8,344 bases of DNA, taken from positions 1-8,344 of the forward strand of contig NW_021828465.1 of NCBI RefSeq assembly GCF_006345805.1, read 5' to 3'. Under the pieces are notes generated by a model, which searched no databases, had not been told where the DNA came from, and saw only the letters and a program-made list of their open reading frames with translations. Position 1 is the first letter of the stretch, and the number at the start of each line of letters is the position of its first letter. Positions 1-8,344 of the stretch are shown here, piece after piece. Made by a program: the position numbers and the translations under genes. The DNA comes from Octopus sinensis (lineage: Eukaryota).

Positions 1-203
1 TCTCTCTTAGAAATAAAGCCAGATGAACATACATACGTACACACACATGCAGATACTTACGTAGTGCGTATACACATGTCATACTGATGAAGATGTCTGC
101 CTGAGATGCAAACTAATATCTCTTCACGCACTGCTCTACTATATTTTCTATAGAAGCTGGGCTTTCTCCGTCTTTGTCTCTCTCTTTTACTGCACCTGTT
201 CCT

Positions 204-701
<498 letters not shown>

Positions 702-963
702 TCCCCTTTAACTGGCTATTGCTAATGTCGACACAAACCACCATAAGTTCTCCCCAGAATTCTAATGATTGCATAAAATCTTCAAAAGCGGCTATGGCTC
801 TGTTAGATCATCAAAAAGATGGTGTTTTTCCTATATGATGACTTTTTATAGACTTCTTCATTACTACTAAAATGTGATTTTTATGAGCTATGTCACAGAT
901 ATTGAAGGAAAAAAAGAGAAAAGCGTCTCACTTCAATGGACCGTATTCCCCCACATTTCTTCC

Positions 964-1066
964 TGTTGGTGTTGTTGTTGTTGTTGTTGTTATTGTCGCT
1001 GTAAATCATGTTGTTGTTGTTGTTGGTGTTAGTGATGATTGTGATGATTGCAATGATGGTTATGGT
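964..1066. repeat. (GTT)n microsatellite grading into a degenerate (GAT/GGT)n tract
   Basis: gttgttgttgtt runs at about 964-1030, followed by gatgattgtgatgattg. Confidence 0.9.
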
Positions 1067-1098
1067 GGCTTTATATAAGAGGTGCCTATAGATCTAAA

Positions 1099-1162
1099 GT
1101 GTGTATTGTGCGTGTGTATATGTGTTGTGTGTGTGTGTGTGTTTGTGTATGTGTGTGTGTGT

Positions 1163-1198
<36 letters not shown>
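1099..1198. repeat. (GT)n microsatellite
   Basis: Imperfect (gt)n run of about 100 bp. Confidence 0.95.
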
Positions 1199-1200
<2 letters not shown>

Positions 1201-1358
1201 TTGCATCAGAGAGACATGCCACAAGCGACGAAACACAGCTAGGAAATGCAAGCAAAGTAATCCCGTTTTATAGCTGTGAGAGATTCTGTTTGTTTGACAA
1301 CTTGGCAACTTGCCAATCGATATGTGATATTACGACTTCTAACTCGTTTCAGACTGAA

Positions 1359-1383
1359 CTGCTGTTGCTGCTGCTGCTGCTGA
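1359..1383. repeat. Short (CTG)n microsatellite
   Basis: ctgctgttgctgctgctgctgctga. Confidence 0.85.
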
Positions 1384-1396
1384 TGAAGTGCTGCTT

Positions 1397-1975
<579 letters not shown>

Positions 1976-1979
<4 letters not shown>

Positions 1980-2365
1980 CATTGAAGGTGAAACTGAGTG
2001 TATATAAGTCAATGGTCTTGACAACATTGCTTGTACCGAAAGACACGTCAGCCGGCTTGTCGAATTTGTTATGCGGTGCTTTCGTACTATCTCCAACATT
2101 AAAGCAAGTGACCATATTAATAACAGTGAGGTACTAATAAAATGCAACATATCAGTTGTTGAAGCCATCTTCATCAAAATACACCTCAAATGGACAGGTG
2201 ATCTCTCGCGAATGAGTGATATCAGAACACAGAGGTAATTGCTCTTTAGTCAGTTCTCAACAGAAGTCACGCTAGCAAAATGCTGCCCCTCCGAATGGAA
2301 ACCTTACCTGAAATTGTGGCTTTGTGGAAAGAAACGAAGCAGGCCTTGCCGTCTACTCAAGAAAA
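1976..2365 (+). mobile_element. Decayed non-LTR retrotransposon fragment (RTE-clade-like LINE), ORF2 region C-terminal to the RT domain
   Basis: The frame from 1976 reads [19 protein letters not shown]. After a frameshift/deletion, the frame from 2032 reads [74 protein letters not shown], with an in-frame stop at 2236-2238. This matches the recalled RTE/BovB-type pattern TKLxVYxxxVLxTLLYG...RCLRxILxIxWxDxIxNxEVL...LRWxGHxxRMxDxRxPKxLLxxEL. The 3' boundary is approximate. Confidence 0.85.
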
Positions 2366-2382
2366 CACTGCAAATTATCAAC

Positions 2383-2790
2383 GGAGTGGCTGTGTGGTAA
2401 GTAGCTTGTTTACCAACCACATTGTTCCAGGTTCAGTCCCACTGCGTGGCACCTTGGGCGAGTGTCTTCTGCTATAGCCTCGGGCCGACCAATGCCTTGT
2501 GAGTGGATTTGGTAGACGGAAACTGAAAGAAGCCCATCGTATATATGTATATATATATATAAGTGTGTGTTTGTGTGTCTGTGTTTGTCCCCCTAGCATT
2601 GCTTGACAACCGATGCTGGTGTGTTTATGTCCCCGTCACTTAGCGGTTCTGTAAAAGAGACCGATAGAATAAGTACTGGGCTTACAAAAGAATAAGTCCC
2701 AGGGTCGAGTTGCTCGACTAAAGGCGGTGCTCCAGCATGGCCGCAGTCAAATGACTGAAACAAGTAAAAGAGAGTAAAAAAGAGAGTAAG
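2383..2790 (+). mobile_element. tRNA-derived SINE, family 1, nearly full length (octopus-type)
   Basis: Pol III A box TGGCTGTGTGG (2387-2397), B box GGTTCAGTCCC (2430-2440), internal (TA)/(GT) tract and a repeated gagtaaaa-type tail. A second homologous copy lies at 5086-5345. Confidence 0.88.
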
Positions 2791-2820
2791 CAATCAAACG
2801 AACTGAGTCAATCAAACAAA

Positions 2821-2981
2821 CTGACTGAAGAGGGGCAGAAATAGCCCGACGCCAGACAAGTATGTTGGTCCCATTGCTAGAATGTGGCAAGAGCCTGATC
2901 CCTTACACGCAATATATCGGATGCTGCTATGCCTCGTTAACCAGCTGGAGGAGATGTCCTCATGGGGTTATAAAAATCGCA
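2821..2981 (+). repeat. 161-bp direct repeat, copy 1 (starts with a degenerate hammerhead-like motif)
   Basis: Ungapped alignment to 4234-4394 gives 147/161 identical by manual count. Confidence 0.95.
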
Positions 2982-3019
2982 TACCAGTGTGGTTTCGGGT
3001 TATTTCTGTCTCTCTCTAG
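2979..3019 (-). ncRNA. Degenerate minimal hammerhead-ribozyme-like motif (Penelope/retrozyme type), probably inactive
   Basis: The minus strand reads CTAGAGA-GAGAC-AGAAATA-ACCC-GAAA-CCACACTGG-TA-TGC. It aligns without gaps to the plus-strand copies CTGAAGA-GGGGC-AGAAATA-GCCC-GACG-CCAGACTGG-CA-TGT. It keeps GAAA, stem III and a GUA triplet but has a mutated CUGANGA box. Confidence 0.5.
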
Positions 3020-3120
3020 AACCGAACATGTCGTCTGTAAGAGATGGCAGTAGTTCTCCCCACCTTGCAATATATATATAAATTCAAGCGACACAGTCGC
3101 TGATTTTAGAAGATCCAATG

Positions 3121-4058
3121 CTAGTTCTAAAATTTCTCTGAGAGATCATCGCAATAGTTGTTCTAGCAAGTAAAATTCGTAACTACTCTAGTTCTAAAAT
3201 TTCTCTGAGAGATCATCGCAATAGTTGTACTAGCAAGTAAAATTCGTAACTACTCTAGTTCTAAAATTTCTCTGAGAGATCATCGCAATAGTTGTACTAG
3301 CAAGTAAAATTCGTAACTACTCTAGTTCTAAAATTTCTCTGAGAGATCATCGCAATAGTTGTACTAGCAAATAAAGTTCGTAACTACTCTAGTACTAAAA
3401 TTTCTCTGAGAGATCATCGCAATAGTTGTTCTAGCAAGTAAAATTCGTAACTACTCTAGTTCTAAAATTTCTCTGAGAGATCATCGCAATAGTTGTACTA
3501 GCAAATAAAGTTCGTAACTACTCTAGTTCTAAAATTTCTCTGAGAGATCATCGCAATAGTTGTTCTAGCAAGTAAAATTCGTAACTACTCTAGTTCTAAA
3601 ATTTCTCTGAGAGATCATCGCAATAGTTGTACTAGCAAATAAAGTTCGTAACTACTCTAGTACTAAAATTTCTCTGAGAGATCATCGCAACAGTTGTTCT
3701 AGCAAGTAAAATTCGTAACTACTCTAGTTCTAAAATTTCTCTGAGAGATCATCGCAATAGTTGTACTAGCAAATAAAGTTCGTAACTACTCTAGTTCTAA
3801 AATTTCCCTGAGAGATCATCGCAATAGTTGTTCTAGCAAGTAAAATTCGTAACTACTCTAGTTCTAAAATTTCTCTGAGAGATCATCGCAATAGTTGTTC
3901 TAGCAACTAAAGTTCATAACTACTCTAGTTCTAAAATTTCTCTGAGAGATCATCGCAATTGTTGTACTAGCAACTAAAGTTCATAACTACTCTAGTTCTA
4001 AAATTTCTCTGAGAGATCATCGCACTAGTTGTACTAGCAACTAAAGTTCGTAACTACT
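3121..4058. repeat. Minisatellite/satellite array: exactly 14 tandem copies of a 67-bp unit
   Basis: Unit ctagttctaaaatttctctgagagatcatcgcaatagttgtWctagcaaVtaaaRttcgtaactact starts at 3121, 3188, 3255, 3322, 3389, 3456, 3523, 3590, 3657, 3724, 3791, 3858, 3925 and 3992. There are no indels, only a few substitutions per unit. Confidence 0.99.
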
Positions 4059-4076
4059 TCAACATGGCTGTCTGTT

Positions 4077-4408
4077 CGAGCGGAATTTACTGCGATTTTT
4101 TAATCCCAAGAAGACATCTCCTCTAGCTGGTTAACAATGCACAGCTGCATCCAACATATTTGGAGCAGGGGGGAAAAAAACCTTACAACCTTCTAGCGAC
4201 GGAACCAGCATACCACTCTGGTTAGGGCTGTTTCTGACTGAAGAGGGGCAGAAATAGCCCGACGCCAGACTGGCATGTTGGTCCCGTTGCTAGAATGTGG
4301 AAAGAGTCTGTTCCCCTACTAGCAATATATCGGGTGCAGCTATGCATCGTTAACCAGCTGGAGGAGATGTCCTCATGGGGTTAAAAAAATCGCAGTAAAT
4401 TCCGCTCG
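4077..4408. repeat. ~330-bp imperfect palindrome (head-to-head inverted copies of one repeat family)
   Basis: 4077-4236 is the reverse complement of 4249-4408 (roughly 80% by eye, higher in the outer half), with a 12-nt loop actgaagagggg at 4237-4248. Confidence 0.93.
4234..4394 (+). repeat. 161-bp direct repeat, copy 2 (hammerhead-like motif at 4238-4278)
   Basis: 147/161 identical to 2821-2981. It also forms the right arm of the 4077-4408 palindrome. Confidence 0.95.
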
Positions 4409-4828
4409 GCATATCAGAGTGAAACATGCCAATAATTGGCTTGACAGGATCAGGAAAAGCAGACGATTAAGTAATCCATTACCGGAAAGCATCGATGAAG
4501 GAAGATCACTGTTGCTAGCTAATCCGCAATTGCAAATGTTTCGGGAAGTATCCAGCGATGAATGGAAGTTTAAGCGTGACGGAAAAAAACCCACATTAAA
4601 TACAGACGAATGAGCTATCCGGTATTGCAGCAATTGTTCCATTAGGATATTTATTTGGCCGTAAGATTAATACAATTACAGAATTTAGATTGTGCATTAA
4701 GCTAGGTAATTCATTTTGTTGATAATCTGTTGAGTAATTAAGAAATCGTTACTCACGGGTTTACCTCACTGCCTGGTGAATTGGAGGTTTGTAATGTACT
4801 ACACACGTACACACACACAGAGTCAAAC

Positions 4829-5066
4829 GTATCTGTTTCTTTACTACCCACAAGGGGCTAAGCATAGAGGGGACAAACAAGGACAGACAAGGGCATTAAG
4901 TCGATTACATCGACCCCAGTGCGTAACTGGTACTTAATTTATCGACTCGGAAAGGATGAAAGGCAATGTCGACCTCGGCCGAATTTGAACTCAGAACGTA
5001 GCGGCAGACGAAATACGGCTACGCGTTTCGCCCGGCGTGCTAACGGTTCTGCCAGCTTGCCGCCTT
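4829..5066 (-). mobile_element. tRNA-derived SINE, family 2, with target-site duplication
   Basis: The minus strand starts aggcggcaagctggcagaaccgttagc and has a B-box-like GAGTTCAAATTC (4981-4992). Its central gtcgacattgcctttcatcctttccgagtcgataaattaagtaccag block resembles a conserved central domain of metazoan SINEs. It is flanked by acacagagtcaaac (4815-4828) and acacacagtcaaac (5068-5081), 13/14 identical. Confidence 0.85.
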
Positions 5067-5085
5067 AACACACAGTCAAACAATA

Positions 5086-5345
5086 GGCGTAGGCATGGCT
5101 GTGTGGTAAGAAGTTTACTTCCCAACCACATGATTCCGGGTTCAGACCCACTGCGTGACACTTTGGGCAGACCAGAGCCTTGTAAGTGGATTTGATGGAC
5201 GGAAATTGAAAGAAGCCCGTCGTATATTCATATATTTATATATGTATTTATAATGTGGGTGTTTTTGTGTCTGTGTTTATCCCTCATCGGCGTTTGACAA
5301 CCGATGTAAGTGTTTTTACGTCCCCGGCGCACTAACAATTCTGCA
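5086..5345 (+). mobile_element. tRNA-derived SINE, family 1, diverged, internally deleted and 3'-truncated copy
   Basis: Colinear with 2383-2655 (tggctgtgtggtaag...ggttcagacccactgcgtg...gaaagaagccc...tgacaaccgatg...gtcccc). It lacks about 25 bp after ttgggc and lacks the tail. Confidence 0.85.
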
Positions 5346-5631
5346 TTAGAATATTAATCACAGAACGATAAGCTTTAGAAACATCGGTGCATTACGTAAG
5401 AATTTGTCCTAGAAAGTGAGGATTTGGTTATGAAGAAAGTGACAGACCCGAATCGCAAAATGTTTGATAATAACATCGATAGGGGTTACATGCTGCCCTT
5501 TCAACAAGTTTTAATGTTTTACTCTTCCACTTACAGAGTGTACATAAAACTTGTATGTTAGCCAGTCTCTTTCTTAGTATTAAAATCCAAGCTTCTCCAG
5601 ATTATGTCTTAGATATTTAATATATACATAT

Positions 5632-5908
5632 ATCACCGTGACCAGGCTATCAGATGTTGCTACACATCGCTGGTCACAATGCGCTTCGCATTGTTTTAGC
5701 CTTCAAATGACGCCACCCCGCTGGCTAAGTGAGCAGGCCAACAGAAGAAAGAGTGAGAGAAATTTGTGGCGAAAGAGTACAGCAAGCCTCGTGGAGCTTT
5801 AAGTGTTTTCGCTCAATAAACACTCACAAAGCCCAGTCTGGGAATTGAAATCGCGATCCTACGACCGCGAGTCCGCTGCCCTAACCACTGGGCCATTGCG
5901 CCTCCACA
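5632..5908 (-). mobile_element. tRNA-derived SINE, family 3, tail type A
   Basis: The minus strand starts tgtggaggcgcaatggcccagtggttagggcagcggactcgcgg (A box TGGCCCAGTGG, degenerate B box GATTTCAATTCCC). Its first ~165 nt match 7415-7589, and it ends in a TA-rich tail. Confidence 0.85.
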
Positions 5909-5923
5909 TATACATACATACAC

Positions 5924-5973
<50 letters not shown>

Positions 5974-5987
5974 TTGTATGTGTGTAT

Positions 5988-6044
<57 letters not shown>

Positions 6045-6131
6045 TATGTATATATATGCATACATACACACACACGTACACACACACTCACCCACATACA
6101 CACAGACACATGCACACTTACATATATATAT
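5909..6131. repeat. Compound (TA)n/(TG)n/(CA)n microsatellite
   Basis: Direct inspection. Confidence 0.93.
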
Positions 6132-6133
6132 TA

Positions 6134-7005
6134 CATGGAAAAATGCGAGCAAGAGTAATAATATTCTTAAGATTATAAACCTGGAAAATTACAGGACAAT
6201 TTATCACACTTGGAGAAATCCAGGACATCTTATTGCATCTGGTAAAGTGGAGAACAAGAAAATTTTTACCTAAAATATTGCAGCTAAGGATAAAATTTCA
6301 AATAAAATATTTAGATTTAGAAAATATTAGCTTTTATTAAGACTAAAAAAATATTACAAGCTGTTACTTCTATTTGTTATTACTTGTTACTTCTATTAGA
6401 AATTAAAAATAACTCAAAATATTTTGCACTTTAAGAAAATTCATTATTTTAATTATTAATTAATAATTGGAAATTTGGAAATAGGTCATAAAAATAATAG
6501 TAATACATAATTAGTACAATAACTAGTATAATACAAAAATTAGTTATATATTACAGTAAAATCTACCTATAACAACAAATTCACAGTAAAATTTGCTTGA
6601 GTTATTGCCTAAGTTATTGCCAAGTTTTCACATTTTTAGTCTTGACCCAATGCCTATTTTTTACATAATGAACTTGCCTACCATACATACTAGTCTACTT
6701 TGCATAAAACTTTAGCTATATTGATATTTCTGTCTCACATTTTTAAAGTATTCTAGTGTGTCAATATTTCAACAAAATGATGGTACTTTTTTGGATTATA
6801 ATATTACTTTGTAAATTAAAATCAAATGATTGTTAATATTCAGATTTTGCCTTAGCAGCAATATTTAAAGTAAAAATCTACATGTTCTGTACGTTACCAG
6901 ATAAAATAACTTATCCTGAAGTTTTCCAAGTGTAATAATTTGTCCTGTACTTTTCCAGATTTATAATCGTAAGAATATTATTTCTCTTGCTCGCATTTTC
7001 CCATG
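6134..7005. mobile_element. MITE-like non-autonomous DNA transposon with long terminal inverted repeats, TA-flanked (Tc1/mariner-like)
   Basis: About 6134-6300 is the reverse complement of about 6838-7005, with the first 66 bp 61/66 identical. The ends read TA|CATGG...CCATG|TA. The interior is very AT-rich and non-coding. Confidence 0.8.
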
Positions 7006-7415
7006 TAATCCATGTTTCCAGGCTATGCTATTATTCTAATTAATTATGTGTCAAATGTGTCAATTAGCGGTGTCGCAACTTTTTTTATACAAATTTTTGT
7101 TCCTTGGGAGGAAAACTATGAAATTCTTCACGGTTTCTTCTATCGTTGAAGCTAAGATAAATATATTTTGCTTTTAAAATGAAAAAGTTATTGAGATCTT
7201 AACTTGATTGGTGGCGTTACTTACTTTCCTATAATATTGATGTAAACTTTTTTCTACTGGATCAAATCTGAATTTTTTTATACCAAAATGTAGCTAGGAA
7301 CTAGTACTCTTCAAACATGATAACGGTTCTCCATTTGGTTAAGAACTGAATAAGCAACACGCTCTGAAATATGCAGCGTGTGAGTAAATTGCGGCCTTAA
7401 GAATATTATTCAACT

Positions 7416-7790
7416 GTGGAGGCGCAATGGCCCAGGGGTTAGGGCAGCGGACTCGCGGTTTCGATTCCCAGACTGGGCGTTGCGAGTATTTATTGAGCGA
7501 AAACACCTAAAGCTCCACGAAGCTCCGGCAGGGGATGGTGGTGATCCCTGCTGTACTCTTTCACCACAACTTTCTCTCACTCTTACTTCCTGTTTCTGTT
7601 GTACCTTGTATTTCAAAGGGCCGGCCTTGTCACTCTCTGTGTCACGCTGAGTATCCCCGAGAACTACGTTAAGGGTACACGTGTCAGTGGAGTGCTCAGC
7701 CACTTACACGTTAATTTCACGAGCAGGCTGTTCCGTTGATTAGGATCAACCGGAACCCTCGTCGTCGTAACCGACGGAGTGCTTCCATTC
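7416..7790 (+). mobile_element. tRNA-derived SINE, family 3, tail type B, full length with an 11-bp TSD
   Basis: A-box-like TGGCCCAGGGG and B-box-like GGTTTCGATTCCC. A perfect direct repeat ATTATTCAACT lies at 7405-7415 and 7791-7801. The head is shared with 5744-5908 (-). Confidence 0.9.
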
Positions 7791-7854
7791 ATTATTCAAC
7801 TACTACCGTAGTTGAATAATATAGTTTTTCCATAATTAATATTTTAAAATTACC

Positions 7855-8344
7855 CTCTTTCTTTCTTCTTTCATTCATGACCTTTTTCAGTTCCTTCTTC
7901 TCGTATTTTTTCTTTCTATTCTTTTCTCCTATTCCCTCCTTTCTTCTTACCTTTCTGTCTTTCTTTCTTTCTTTCTTTCTTTCTTCTTTCTTTCTTTTCT
8001 CCTTCCCTTTCTTCATCTTCTTACTCTCATACTCTCGTTTTTCTTATATCCTTTTCCGTTCCTTCTTCTCTTTCCCACCTTTTCTTTTACTTCTTCATTC
8101 CTCTTTTTATCAATACAAACCCTTACTCCTATTTTCCTTTCATTCATTCATTCCTTCATTTATTCATCCATTCATTCATTGTTTCATTCATTCCTTCATT
8201 CTTTCTTTCCTTCTCTTCACCACCTTTTTATATCCTCAATTCCTTACTTTACATCGCTAATGCTTCTTTAATTCTTTACTTCTTTTTTCTTTCTTTCTTT
8301 CTTTCTTTCCTTCTTTCCCCACCTCTCTCTCCCTCTCTCTTCTT
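7855..8344. repeat. Polypyrimidine low-complexity tract ((TTC)n, (TTTC)n, (TTCA)n, (TC)n)
   Basis: About 490 bp almost devoid of G on the + strand. It explains the F/S/L-rich and K/E/R-rich ORFs. Confidence 0.92.

Noticed and set aside
84-113. Hammerhead-like CTGATGA...AAAC
   Set aside because: There is no GAAA box, stem II pairs poorly, stems I and III are absent, and no second copy supports it.
2280-3053. Short ORFs 2280..2477, 2378..2599, 2593..2793 and 2862..3053
   Set aside because: They lie within or across LINE, SINE and repeat fragments and have no recognisable independent product.
3071-3101. TATA box plus hairpin (agcgac-aca-gtcgct) as a promoter/leader for the array
   Set aside because: (TA)n runs are ubiquitous in this window and a 6-bp stem is expected by chance.
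3121-4058. CRISPR-like array (67-bp period, palindromic motifs, AT-rich upstream segment)
   Set aside because: The whole unit is repeated, so there are no unique spacers. There are no cas genes and the context is eukaryotic.
3121-4058. Coding tandem repeat
   Set aside because: The unit length is not a multiple of 3, it is rich in stop codons, and the ORF track shows no ORF here.
2821-4394. LTR retrotransposon/TRIM with 161-bp LTRs
   Set aside because: There is no clean TG...CA pair with a 4-6 bp TSD and no recognisable PBS/PPT. The repeat also occurs inverted and continues past the right-hand copy.
7416-7480. tRNA gene
   Set aside because: A and B boxes are present, but there is no complete cloverleaf. 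It is the head of a TSD-flanked SINE.
7792-8260. K/E/R-rich and F/S/L-rich ORFs
   Set aside because: They are by-products of the polypyrimidine low-complexity tract.

Overview
AT-rich eukaryotic non-coding DNA with no supportable intact protein-coding gene. Most ORFs in the track are translations of microsatellites or SINEs. The dense (TA)n/(TATC)n tracts and SINE types resemble octopus/coleoid cephalopod DNA (recalled resemblance, not a search result). The window holds several microsatellite blocks, a decayed RTE-clade LINE ORF2 fragment (1976-2365), five tRNA-derived SINE copies, and an ~870-bp AT-rich MITE-like foldback with TA flanks (6134-7005). The most unusual part is 2821-4408. Exactly 14 copies of a 67-bp unit (3121-4058) with higher-order structure sit inside a minus-strand segment that begins and ends with the same degenerate hammerhead-ribozyme-like motif. 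Two 161-bp direct repeats carrying that motif in the opposite orientation flank this segment. The four motif copies together reconstruct a minimal Penelope/retrozyme-type hammerhead, but no single copy is intact.
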